From Rotaria socialis (Eukaryota), in contig CAJNYD010000105.1 in assembly GCA_905331295.1 (NCBI GenBank), forward strand, positions 1 through 64,000: a DNA stretch of 64,000 nucleotides, in the 5' to 3' direction. A program made the position numbers and the translations under genes. The notes beneath the pieces were generated by a model. The model had not been told where the DNA came from. It searched no databases and saw only the letters and a list, made by a program, of their open reading frames with translations. Of this stretch, positions 14,172-27,818 are shown one piece after another. The first letter of the stretch is position 1, and every line of letters begins with the position of its first letter.

Positions 14172-15301
14172 ATGTTGGGCATAACACGTTACCGTTTATT
14201 ACCCAATACATTTTGTTTATTCCGTCGGTTTACTTCTTCAAGATCGCATACACAGCTACCCGGTGAAGATTCTAATTTACGCGGCGATGGAGCTATACGT
14301 CGAACTGCACCATACGGTTCTACCATCGAACAAACTTATGCTGGTGTTCTATCATTTCTTCGTCGTAATTACACACGTAACTTAAATAGAGTTGACGTAG
14401 CTGTTACTGGTATTCCACTTGATTTGGCAACAACCTATCGACCAGGCACTCGATTCGGGCCGAAAGGCATTCGTGAAGCATCTGTACAATTATCGGAACT
14501 TAAATCCTATCCTGGAGGGATTGATCTATTTGATGACCTATCCGTTGTTGATTATGGAGATTGTTGGTTTGATATGAGTCAACCAAAAACAATTCCAGGT
14601 GCTATTGAAGATCACGCAAAAAAGATTATTAAACGAAATGCTTTTTTGCTCAGTCTAGGTAAATGAAAATTTTAATTTTCGATTGGAATGAAAAACGAAT
14701 GTTTAGTTTAGGTGGTGATCATTACGTGACATATCCATTGTTAAAAGCGCATGCTGCGGTGCACGGTAAACCATTATCTCTTATTCAATTTGATGCTCAT
14801 TGTGATACATGGCCAGATGCACATCCTGACAGTTTAAATCATGGTTCTATGATTTATTATGCTATAAATGAAGGTCTCATTGATCCAGAAACATCCATTC
14901 AAGTTGGTATTCGCACACACAATGATAATTTTATGGGTGTTAAAATTCTTGATGCTGATTGGATTCATCGTCATAAAACTCAAAATATTGTCGATGAAAT
15001 TAAAAACCGAGTTGGTGATAATCCAACGTATCTAACGTTCGATATCGATTGTCTTGATCCGGCATTTGCTCCAGGTACAGGTACACCTGTTTGCGGTGGT
15101 TTATCGACGGCACAAGCAATTGCTATTCTACGTCTACTTGGTTCAATAAATTATGTTGGAATGGATATTGTAGAAGTTTCTCCAGCATATGATCATGCAA
15201 ATATAACAAGTTTAGCAGCAGCTACTTTGGGATATGAATTTTTATTATTATTAAGACATAAAAAAATTGTTGATAAATGTTTTCAATTTGGTCACCATTA
15301 G
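14172..15301 (+). CDS. speB: Agmatinase (ureohydrolase, bacterial SpeB-like), 2 exons, with N-terminal mitochondrial-type presequence
   Basis: Exons 14172-14658 and 14712-15301; a 53-bp GT-AG intron splits LG|GDH. Intact Mn-binding motifs GGDHY, DAHCD and DIDCLD, plus PGTGTP..GG and EVSP. Confidence 0.93.
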
Positions 15302-15817
15302 AAAGAATTGATATTTTTGTTGTTGTATAGTGGAACATGAAACTAGCAATGATTGAAAGCATGGCTTACTTTTTTTCTTTTACTGAAAATTTGAATTCAT
15401 ATTTTATGCTTATAGTCAATTTTCTTGTTAAATAAGTGGTTCATCTATATTCAGTTATGTCATCCTCCAAACGATATGTGCATTCTGTGCTTTATTAAAA
15501 AAATGTAATCTGAGCTTCGTCAATTTTATTCGAGTTTTCTTCTTTCATGCTAAACTATATTCAAAATTAGTTCATACAGTGCAACTTTTCATATCTAACA
15601 AAATCCATATTTCATTAAAATGGCCATAAAATCAAATGTTACTTGCATATAAATCAAAGAAAGAAAGAAAATATGGTTTGTTGTTGTATTCTTAACATAC
15701 TAGGCCAAAGTATTTTTTCTTTCTCTCTCTCTCTCTGATAAATGACTAATCGATATATTTACAGAAGATATTTTACAACAGCAAGTCACGTGTATATGAA
15801 AAGTGAATTTTCTTTAG

Positions 15818-18148
15818 ATGAATTTTTTTCAGTTGATATTCTCATTGTTTTTTCTACTAATTTTGACTTCGGTAATTTGTATTGATAAACCTTGTACGAA
15901 AAAGAATTGTCAATTACCTTCTTGTCAATGTGCAATTATTAATAAAAATCCAACATCATTCAACAATACAGATATACCTCAACTAGTAATGATTTGTCAG
16001 AAGAAACGTATTGATTTTAGCTTAGGATTTTGAATATTTATAGGTTTTATTAACTTTTGTTGGTAATTTAAATAAACATACATTTGAACCCGTTCGTTCA
16101 ATACTTCATCCAATATTTCGAAATCCAAATCAATGTCCAATATCATCAACATTTTTCGTTAATGATAATTTTACAGACTATTGTTTAGTGCAACGTCTAT
16201 TTGATAATCATAATGAAATAGCTATGACTACATCTAGCAATAAGTAAATTCTATTATTCAGCATTGTTTTTATTGAAATTTTTCTTTCAAAGATGTCCAT
16301 TAATGAATTGTTACGATGAAAATAATTGGAATCGTTGGGGTGAGAACAATTGGAAACGAGAAATAAGACAACAACGAATAAATTTAATAGAGAAATCAAG
16401 TATTCATCGGTCACATATAAAAGGTTTTCGTGTACCACATCTACAAATCGATGATAATAGACATTTTGAACCTATTCGAAATCTTCATTTTCATTATGAT
16501 TCATCGATGCTTTTTAAATCATCGAAATACATATGGCCATTTACTCTTGATTATTCATTTAATCAAATCGATTGTATTAATTGTAATGAATCATCAAAAA
16601 CAATTGAAACATTGTGGCAATTTCCATTACATGAATGGGCTTATCCAAACAGTAATTTTATTTTCTTCGCAATTCTTGAATAGAGAAAATAAACTTTTGT
16701 CACGAATGTCTTAGGAGAGTAATGTGCCGAAAGGGTGCAATCGCTTAGAATACTAGTCATTAATTAACTTTCTACTGTTAACCCTTTGAGTCCCGGTGGC
16801 CACCTACCGAAAATTTCTAATTTTCAAATATGTTTGTGGTTTTTAAGATCTAGAAGGAATATTTTTAACAAATGTTCGTAGTTAAGACATATTTGTGCGA
16901 GATTGTACAGATATCCGTATGAATAGACAATGTCGAAAAATGTACTGCGGTATGTCTATTTGATTTCAGAAAGTTTTCTTCAAAAATCTAAATTTTGAAA
17001 AATTCGTGTTTTGATTCATTGTGTCGTGATGAAAACCTAACTGGTTTCTGAAATATAATGGATTCAGATTCTGACGAAACCTTATCCGATGAAAGTGAAA
17101 GTTCAAAATTGTTTTTCTTTGTATCATCAAAACTATGTGTATCAACATTGAAATGAATAAATAGATAATCATATAATCACACAGTTTTTTATTTTAACCT
17201 AACCAGAGTTTTCGTGATGTCACATCTAGTTACTTAATAGTATGTTTTATCAAACTTAAATTCGGTAGAAAAAAGTCGGGACTCAAAGGGTAAACAGATT
17301 CATGTTATTCAAGTCACATGAATGCTCTTTCCTCTGCCTAATAGAAATATTAATTCAATATGGAGTGCACGTATTTGACATATTCAACTTGAAAGGTATT
17401 TTTTAGCTTGTGCTATTTATCTACATTTCTACCATCGAATTTTCTCGGTTCATCATGAGTAGTTTTACAAAACAACAAATTCCTATTATTCTGCAGCATA
17501 ATAGAATAGGAATTTATTGAGAGAGTAACTGACGCAACTTCTTTCCTCGTTAATATGCAACAAATGTAAAACATAAAATTGTTTTTTATTCTAGCAACTA
17601 CTACTTGTCGTACACTTTCCGATTCAACTTGTCTGCCTGAAGATGAACTACACACAGCTGATCTACTATACGATTTTATTAAATATAATTTCGATCGTCA
17701 TTCATCATTAACACTTGGCCGCCGATCTCCATTTATAATTGAACTCGATCTATTCTGGCTTTCAGAACATCGAGATCAACGTCTTGAAGCTCTAATACGT
17801 TTTATTGATTATATTTTAAACAATGACGACTATCGTTATGTTTATTTTGTTTCAATTGAGCAAGCCCTCGAATGGCTAAAATATCCGCGTAACTTAACAG
17901 AACTCGAAGATTTTTGGGCATTTAGTTGTAGCGAGATCATATATGAATATGATATTGATTGTGCTGATACAAAACCAACAGATGGAGAGAAACCTAAGCA
18001 ATTAACATCAACGAATACAACCGAGCAATACATTGATCTACAAGCTGAAAGATTATTTCGCAGTGGCATTGTACTTTATTCGGTGTGGACATTTATTCTA
18101 TTGATTTTAACCGTTCTTTTTTATGATAAGTATTTTGTAAACAAGTGA
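15818..18148 (+). CDS. Chitin deacetylase-like (CE4, insect CDA-type) secreted or membrane protein, 4 exons
   Basis: Signal peptide, C..NCQLPSCQC, IPQL|VLLTF, RNPNQCPISSTFFV, GFRVPHL, YDSS, WPFTLDY, NFDRH, VYFVSIEQALEWLKYP, and a C-terminal TM helix. Large intron at 16652-17594. Confidence 0.82.
16782..17290. mobile_element. piggyBac-like non-autonomous element in the CDA-like gene intron
   Basis: 14-bp perfect TIR CCCTTTGAGTCCCG / CGGGACTCAAAGGG. TTAA on the left (16778-16781) and TAAA (degenerate TSD) on the right. Confidence 0.8.
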
Positions 18149-18442
18149 TATTTTTATTTCTTTTGACTTTTGCTTTTCTTTGTTTAAACGATTCGACAAT
18201 AAATTTAAAAGAAAAAAAAAAGGGATGAGTAACTATCAAATCGTTTGCTTCTTCTTTTTTTAAACATATTGACAACAAAAACAGAAGACAGAAGACATTG
18301 GAACCGGACTGGAGAAAAAAAAACAAAAAAAAAAGATTTCATTAGATAGCAGTTATGTTACAAGATGAAATCACTGGTCTAACACATAGTATGAAAGCGA
18401 GAGAGAGAAAAAAGAAAGAAAGACAAAAATACGTAGATACCG

Positions 18443-21400
18443 TTAATGAAAGATGTATTTTAATATGATTGCCACGATGATAATAAGAATTAATTGAATA
18501 TATGATGAAAAAGAATTGACTTGATTGTGTTCATGAGTTTTTCGATGGCTTTTTAAATAATGTAGATCTTTTTCATACATATCGAGGCGTTGACTTATGC
18601 GACTTAGTGTTGTGTCCATACATTTTAAAGTTGATACTACATCATCAGAAGAATTCAACAATAGCGATGCTTGATTATTGATATTTGGTGTGAGATATGG
18701 CGCATCGTCGTCACGAATATTATTCAGTGATGGTGATGGACCACGAGTTAATGCCGACGGTCTTCCGACAGTATTTATTATAGAATTATTTCGACTTGAT
18801 GATTTATTTGTACGATTCATATTTTGTGAACGATGGCGCGTACGAGTACAGATTATGAAATTATTTTCAAAAGTTGATATATCGTTGTGAGCATCCCATG
18901 GACGAGCGCTAAAACAAAATAGCAAATATTATATGCAATTATTTGCACTAAGATCATGATTTTTTAAAATCATCATAGGTTTTATGTGACAAAGCGTAAA
19001 TGAGACGAGCTGTCTCGGATCGTCCCCATGGTGATGAAAATTTATTTTTGCTCGCCAAACAAAGAACAAAACAAAAGTGCGCTTTCAAGGAAAAGCAGTT
19101 ATTGAATTAAAATAGAAAAAAAAATTTACACCGTCATCCTTTATTTATAGATACCTCAGAGTGTAAATTTTCTTTTTTCTAAAAAGCTCACTAAACTTAT
19201 GACCATGCTAATATTACTCTTAAACTCGACACTCAAGTATTTCATATAAAACAAAAGGCCAACTATTATAAGATGCACTGATATTCTACTTATAGGCATG
19301 GAAATATCATGGAGATTTACTGTTTTTCTCTTTTTAATTGTCACAAACGATGCGCTTAGGTAGTGCGAATCTGCTGATTGAACACGTGTAGTATTATCTT
19401 TTTAATTGACTTACTCAGAATAAGTATAAATCCATTCTTTCGAATTTGGATCAATATTGAATAAACGTGGATGCCATTCAGTACTGGTTGCTTTACGTTC
19501 TTTGATCTGTTTTCTTTGTTCATCTTCAATAATTGTTTTTTCTTCTGTTGCTGACACTTGATCGTTTTGTTTAATAGCTGCTGTAACACGTTGCCATAAT
19601 CTAAGGACGAGAAAATGAATATTTAATTAAAAAATAATCTTTTTTCGGCAGTTTAATTACTTCTCCGATTCATTATCTCGTTGTTGTTCAATTGGTACAA
19701 CATATCGTTTTAATCGCGAATTAACTACTGGCTGTGAAACTTTCCAAAACAAGCTTCTTGCCTGTTAAAAATAGAAATCTTCATGAGGTAAATATGCTCA
19801 TAGAAAAACAGCACTGACATTAGTTGCTTTATCTACAAGTATGATTTCATCATCCCAATGACCAGAAAATGTATATAAAACATCTTTTTCAAGTCGAATT
19901 TTTCCTTCAATGTGATTTGTAAGCTCCTGACCGCCAATAAATGGCTGAAAAATAAAAATAAAAGTGACGAATAACTGATTAAAAAAATAATCATCTCTTT
20001 CGATTCATACTTTTAATTTAAATTCAATATCAGCTGAATATCGCGTTTTTTCACAAACAATGGTTACTTTACCACCTAGTTCCATAGTTAATTTACCAAT
20101 TAGAATGCCTAGTAAATTATTTATAGTCAATCAATGCAGTTAAACTCTAGAAAAAAAACAAAATCAACAAGTACCTTTGCAGTTAGCATAGGGCATTGTA
20201 ATAATATAATCTTCTCCTCTATTGAGTAGAGTAAGTCGAGCTGTTCCATCGAGAATAGCCGAGAGGCTATTTCCTATAAACAGAAAAAAATAGAATTGGT
20301 AATTATATTGCCAGAAACATTATTAATCAATATACCATAGAATTTCGATCGCGCCAATATACTTCCTTGTACAGCAAAGCCTTCTTTACGATTTGATACA
20401 TAAAAATTGGTTACTGGCGGATGATGCGATATCTATATAAACAAAGGATATATTCTTCTATTTAACCATCACCCATATGGAATGTCAAAATGAAAAAGAA
20501 AAGGAAAACAACGAAAAAAAACAACGAAAAAAAAAGCCTCTTATTTCTCGGCTATCTTTTTTTGAATCCAATTAATAAAACGTGCAACGTTTGAATAAAC
20601 TCCTGGATAATAAAATCGTCCGCATCCATAACCGTATGATGTAATACCAAACATAATCCATTGATCAGATTTACGTGGTTTGTAAACTAATGGTCCCCCT
20701 GAATCGCCTATTATTTAACGCAAAGAATCATATTTTACTCTGTTTTACGTTAAATCAATTTCCTACCTTGACATGTATCTCTTCCACCACCTAAAAGTCC
20801 AGCGCAAATCTGTGTCGTACTATTAAACCATGGATAAGCAAATGAACATGTTGGTAAAACTTGTATAACTCCTTGTTGTAATCTATATGGTAGATAACCA
20901 CCTTCACTTGTTAAACCAAAGCCAGTTATGACAACAGGTTGATACATCGATACATTAAAATCTGGACTTGTTGGTAAACAAACAAAATTCACTGTATCAC
21001 TTATATCAACTGTATTGTTTAAGCGCAATAGAGCTATATCATAGCCATATTCAGGTATCGAATATTTTTCATGGATAAATTTCTTTGATATACGATAGTT
21101 TGTTCCAGCATAATAACCTTCGCGTACCATATTTTGTGCGCCAACACGAACAAATAGATCACTTGTATTATTTACTGGTTTAGCAACACAATGTGCACTT
21201 GTTATTACATGTTGTCTATCAATTAATGTACCACCACAAATAAACATATTATTTAATGTTAAATAAACTTGCCACGGCCAGGCATATTCGGGTGCTGTCT
21301 CGCCCCCGACAATGCGCGATTCCGCAGAAAAGAAGGATCGCATTGTACCACATGGACGTGGGATTGGTTCAGCATTTATTACGGGTAAGGCGAGTAGGAG

Positions 21401-24400
21401 TAAAAGCAACATTTCGTTTTAAAAGCGTAACGAACTGATCTTATACATATTATCGGTCACACTCTTATTTTTCTCTCGCTTTTATGTAATCAATGACCGA
21501 AAGAATGAGGAGAAAAAAGAGAAAAATATTACCTGTTCGGCTAAATAAAAGGTTTTACTGTCCGTCTTTGTATGATGAAAAAAGCATCGATAAACTTCAC
21601 CCAAAACTGGATTATATGGTTTTTTTAGGCCCTAAAATTATATTGAAAAGAGAAACGAAGCTGACGCGATATTCGCATTTTTATTTTGCTTTCAACAAAC
21701 CTTTGGCTTTTTATAAAAACCTGATAAATAAAATTTTATAATTGTCTTCATGCGTATTAATGGATCAGGTGAATTAACAGCTCTAAAAAAAGAACATATA
21801 TATATATATATATATTGAATCATTTCTTTTTTCGATATAAACAAACGATAAACATACTCTTCAAGAATATCACAATGATGATAGTAATCTGAGAGTTTTT
21901 CAAGAAACGATCTTGGTTCTAATATAAATGTTGGTAGAACAACTTTTGATAAATCCATTCCGGGACGGACTTGCTTTAATAAATGCATTATGAGGGATTT
22001 GTTTTCTTCAGCTACTTCTTCAGTTTGAGCAGCATTACCAAGCTAGAAAAGAACAGCGAAGTATAATTATTTATTTATCGAGAAACTTTTATTATTACTT
22101 CTCCCATTTCTTCGGGTGCTGCTGCAACATATGGTGTTTCGTTATCGTCTTCATATAGTAGGTCTTGAGAACTATCAGAATGACTTGAACCACTTCTGGA
22201 CGCTTTACTTATATCAATACTAGCATCACTCATACGGTCATCTTCTATAAAAATTAAAAATAAGAGAAATTTAAGAAACATAATTGAAAGTCAACCAACC
22301 TTCTTTTGTTGCCAACCGGCTTAATTCGAAATCATTATCTGAAAAACTTGTATTTAAAAAAGCTCCATCGCCAGCTGTAGTCGATGGACTTGACGTAATT
22401 TGAGAATTAAGCGCCAAGTCATCATTTTGTACAGATGTTGAATAGGGTTTTTTAAGTAATTTTGAGCATTTCATTGTTAATTCAAGTGCATCAATCCAGC
22501 AACGCCCTTAAAAACAATTTTTTTTGTTATTAAGAAAATGTTCTTTTTGACATTTGAAAAAAAATACAGCATTTCTTTACCTGCGGTATCATCTGATGCA
22601 CGACAAATAAGATAATTCATAGGAAGAGGAAATGTTATCGCACCGAACTGTTCGTTATTAGGCCCTTTTTGTGCCCAGATCGATTTTTCAAGTGGATGCC
22701 AGATTTTAAAACAAAATCCCGTTTTCTTTGATGGACGTTGAATAACTAAAAATGAATGAATATTGAAAAAAGAACATGACTTCTCTCTATGAAACTCAGA
22801 CAAGGATCCTGTGGATTCTGCCTAACTCAGATATCTTCACTACCCTGAAAAATATAGTAATCGCTCGGAATAGAAGAATGACTTCATCTAGATTTGATCC
22901 TGTTGGGATCTAAATATAGTAGTATTTTCGGTTGGATAGCCTATAGATTCAACCTATTTTCCTAGTAGATCGAATTCCCTTTCTTCGTTTATTATTTTAC
23001 ATGAAATCCCTATGTGTTGTAATATGCTGTTTCCGGTACGAGTGAGATTTACAATTATGATCACAATTCAGACATGAACGAAGAAGCTATCAATTTTTTC
23101 TCCACGTAAGTCAATTAGCACACATATAAATTTTTGTACAGGATCGCAGTTATGTGTTGAGAGCTTTTTTTTCCTTAAAAGTTGTCAGTTTGTTTTTGTT
23201 ATAAAACTATGTGAATAAAACTTCAATGAAATTGTTTTTTCATCAGCACAATTTCATCATAGTCACAAAACAAAACATTGCTATTTTTGTACAAAATAGC
23301 AATTATGCATGATTTATACGCATCAGTTATTGCATAAAAATTAATTACGGTCATTAGATGTATCCAAAAAACAATAGATCATCACATTTGTACAACATCT
23401 AGTTGAGTACGATAAAAATTTTAATATTTAATTATGCACAACTGTGATGATTGCGATAACCTCAAGGGGAAAAAAGCCTATTTCTATATTTCTACATTTC
23501 TAAATATTTCTGAGTACTTCTAGGTATTTCAGAACTCCAGAAATTCATCGAAATACGTAGAAATACTCAGCAATATTTAGAAATGCAGAGATACGATGTT
23601 CCCCCCTTGGATAACCTTCAGTGAAGGAAAACGCGGTCGATTACTAGTCTTAAATAAGTGAATGATGTTGTTAATGCCATTGAATATCATAATTAGAATT
23701 CGCATGATCGTCTTCTCTTTATTACGGACGAATAAGAAAACAAAACAGTGCATCTCCATTCCAGCAGCGATATCCTATTTTTATCATGTCCCTTCTATGT
23801 TCTAATACGCTTGAAAATCTAATTTGAATATGTCTATTAGAAGAAAATAAACTTCCCTGTCGTCTTTCCTAAAATCTATTTACTAACCTTCGCATGATGA
23901 TAGAACAACGGTGCCAACCCAAACACCATTCTAGAGTAAGAGAGAGAGAGAGAAAAGAAACGTAGGTCAGAAGTTATAAGAAAGTAAAAATGAAGTTTAA
24001 AGCAACAAACTTTTGATGGGGGATTTCGATAGAGTAGCATGAGACCAGGCTTTAAAATAGCCCATAATTTAGTCCAATCTCTTAATGTCCCTCGAACTTT
24101 TAGCCAATCACTAACGATAACAACTGATGAATCCTTAAGTACATTTGCTAATTCAGATGTAATGCGCTTCTTTGCGCTCTGATAAGACTGCTTTTTCATC
24201 TAGGCAAAAATGAGAAAAACAAACATGTAAAAATATTAATTTATCAGATTTCTTCTACTTTATATGATTCATTTTTAGAAGTATTTCGTTCAACCGATTC
24301 ACTTGATGAGCCTAAGGATTCAAATGTTGTATTCAGCTAAAAGAGAATTTTGATAAGCTAAATAGCAAAAAGAATATTTTACTTTATTCATATCACTATC

Positions 24401-24898
24401 ATTTAACAGTCCCATGGTGGCTAAACCTAAATAAGAAAAACATTTTATGAAATAAAGAAGCAAAAATAGCTCTCCTACCAGACGCTAATTCGTCAGGTTT
24501 AGCTTGTTCGCTAAGACTTGTCGCTGTATTCGATCGTATAATATTTGCTTCACTATCATCTTTCGTTCTTGAGAGTGAACGATCTAAACGTGAAGATATT
24601 TGTTTGGTTGGAGTTTGATAACGATTTCCATTCATATTGGACTGAAACAAATATTAATAATAAATCCACAAGAAAGATTCGTTATTATTTTTCTATTACT
24701 AAATTCTCTTTTGATCCTTGGAAATTTCTTGGTGCTTCCATCATTTTTGAAGGAGTAGTTAACTAAACAAATTGATCAAATATAATTATTTTATTATGAA
24801 TTTTATAGATTGATTAATAATTATTATCGATGTGCTCGAACCTTTCGCCTAGAACAGCTACGTGGTATATAAACAGACATTTGCTGATGAGTCATCAT
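18443..24898 (-). CDS. OSBPL8: Oxysterol-binding protein-related ORP5/ORP8 (PH + ORD + C-terminal TM), multi-exon; 5' end approximate
   Basis: PH domain [23 protein letters not shown] motifs [74 protein letters not shown] and ISGHWD. C-terminal hydrophobic anchor. Confidence 0.92.
20541..21412 (-). CDS. Secreted trypsin-like serine protease (S1A), 2 exons, nested in an ORP8 intron
   Basis: Signal peptide [14 protein letters not shown] and activation site R|IVGG. Catalytic triad in ITSAHC, YDIALL and DTCQ|GDSGGP. Exon 2 ends [21 protein letters not shown] at 20541. Confidence 0.93.
23463..23609. mobile_element. 147-bp MITE with 8-bp TSD (P-element- or hAT-like) in an ORP8 intron
   Basis: Termini CAAGGGG...CCCCTTG. 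Perfect TSD GATAACCT at 23455-23462 and 23610-23617. Internal inverted block ATTTCTACATTTCTAAATATTTCTGAGTACTTCTA / TAGAAATACTCAGCAATATTTAGAAATGCAGAGAT. Confidence 0.85.
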
Positions 24899-25025
24899 AA
24901 TCAAAAAGCATTAATAAGGGAATAAGAAAAATAAGAAGATGATTATGATGTCGAAGCTGAAAATATAGAAAAAAGAAACGAAGCAACGATCTTTCATGGT
25001 TTCTTTCGTCTTTTTCTTTTTTCTG

Positions 25026-25053
<28 letters not shown>
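25026..25053. repeat. (CT)n microsatellite
   Basis: Direct dinucleotide run upstream of ORP8. Confidence 0.9.
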
Positions 25054-25059
<6 letters not shown>

Positions 25060-26862
25060 TAGTTTTTCAACCGGTAACAAGAGTTCTTCTGTTGATCTCT
25101 CCATTAGTACTACTTTTACTGTTTGCTTGTTAGCATCTTGAATGTTGTCGTCGTCATCATCTTTTTGTCGCCGACTAACACAACACCAAGATAAATCATC
25201 CTTTTCTTTCCATTTCATTCTGCTTTCGCTTGCGATAGGCGCTAATCCATACAGCTTGCTGTTTGTTGTCGTTGCTGTTCTACTATCACTTTTTTTCAGC
25301 CAAACATACAAGAATTACAGTGTTATTTCCTGTTGGATAAGCCAAGTAAAAATGTATCTTTTTATACTTTTTTTCTTTTCCCCTTCTGTTTCTTCAGCTC
25401 AATGGTAAAATGTTGACGACGTTTTTCTTTTGCACCCTTGCTACAGTTGCATGATAATTGCAGGGTTTGATAACGTTGCAAGATAGAGAAAAGGAAGAAA
25501 AAGAAACACTGAGGTAGTACTTCACTCAGCCGCACTCTTGTGTTTTGCCTATGTTTTGACAGATACCTGTTTCGCTGGGAGTGGTGAATAGTTTGCGTGT
25601 TTTTATTTTATTTTTTATGCACACAGTCAGATATAATAGCGCACGCACGATTGACCCCCTATCAACGTTCGATTTCTAGATTCAAGTATCAATAATAAAG
25701 CAGAGAGAGAGAGAGATAACAAAGAAAAAAACAGAGATGACTGTTATTGTCATATTATTTTATTTCAGTTATCGAATTACATCGTTTTCTTGTTTTATAT
25801 ATTTATGACATAAGACACATTTTTGTTTTACGAATGAATGTAGAAAAGCAAAAGATTTTATCAAGATTTGTACGTTTACGCAGCAGATGAGATATTCGAA
25901 AGAGAAAAATAACGACAAAAATATGAAGAAGAAAAAATAGCCGCGTTCGTTATTTATTTACATAGCACACACATATAATCTTAACTAGCGTTATTATTAG
26001 TTTAAGCATGTTAACTACGTGAGTATCTCACCTTTCTCCTGCCTGTGTCACCTTTCTTCTGTCTGCTTCCCTTTTCTCATTGTGATATGAGGTGATCACG
26101 CAAGCAAACAAACACGATGTACAAACATGCTCATAGCTTTTTTCTTTTTGTAATTCTTCGAATATAAAGATAATCTGTTGACCTTTTAATCTAATTTTTT
26201 TGGCACATTTAATCATTATACTTACGTACTTGATGTTTATGTAAACTATTTGTAATATTGCATGATCATTGAAATGATCTTTTATCTGAAATAACAAATT
26301 AGAATTAGTATGAATTGTGTAATATATCTATTATGTTAGTGAAATGAAACGTCAACAGTAGCAAATTAAGAATTTCAGCAAAAGAGCAGGATGATAATCA
26401 CAGGAAAACTTGCTTTTTCAAGTCGTCATAGAAGTCATGAAACGAAGCGACAATGTAATTCTGTACAGTCGACACTATAAAAACAATATTTTTCTCCTCC
26501 AGACTCATAAACATCTATTGTTTAAAGTAAACAAACTAAAGACTTCAGAAGGCTGCTGCGATCACACGAGACAAAAGTTCTACTTTCGAATAAATATAAT
26601 TTTCATTGAAAATATTTTGAATTTATTATTATTATTATACTGAAATTTAGTCTATAGGAACATTATAGAGTTTACTATGTAAACTTAAGTCTCACATATA
26701 CCCTTGAACTATTCCTGATATGAACCTAAGGACTATTCGTATCCTAGGGCTTCTCTTGCTTTTTAACAACACAAATAATAATTATGTCATGGGAATGATG
26801 TTAACCATATTTTTTTAATTTTTATTTTCAACAAAACACGGATATTTTTATCAATTTTCTTT

Positions 26863-27782
26863 TTAATCAGCTTCATCCATTACTGCATATTGTTCATCTT
26901 CTTCATCGCGACATTTATATTCGGCAAGTAATTTGCGAACTTCAGGTCCAATTGTATGATGAAAATGATGATGTAACAATTCAAGTAAAGATTGTTTTTG
27001 TTCTTTGAAAAAAAAATACTAAAACTTAAAAAAGAAACAGACTCAAACAAAAGTATCTATTAAACCTGTTGAGATATCTTGTCGATAATTTTGAACAAAA
27101 GAGAGTAAAGATTGATACCAAAGTACTGGTAATTCACGTGTATCAGAACGAAATCTATATGATCAAGATAATATAAATAAATCTAACGAAAAATCCAGAT
27201 CATTTAAATACCTAATGAAATGATGAACGAGCGCATCAACAACACGAAATGGTAATGCATAACGTTTTTCGATAAGTGTTCGGATAAATATTGAATTAGC
27301 ACCAGAATAATTCATTTCAGCTATTTTTAATAAAGCTGCTGCTGAATGTAACATTGGAACGGAATTTTTTGCAAGAACGCTTGCAACAATAACAGCCTCA
27401 CGAAGTGTACACGTACCTGACTAGAAATAAGAAGATAATTGACTTTTTTTTGTCTCGGGAAAACATGTATCTATTCTACAAATGCTGATAAGATAAGTAC
27501 GAGAAACCATAAATCAATCTCTTGACAATCATAAATAAATATCTGTAATATGGGAGCTTTCTACATGAAGCAAAGTCTATTGTATGTAAAACTATGACTT
27601 TTATAGATATTTTGATTGATAATATTAGTGCTCATTTTGTTTTTGAAATCTGTCCCTAAATAATCATATTACAATCTATTATTCTATGTCATATGTATTC
27701 GATCATCGAACAGAATAATTTTGTTCGCTTGGAAAACTTGACAATGACATTCTTCTTTTATATTCATGTCATTAAGAGAAAC

Positions 27783-27818
<36 letters not shown>

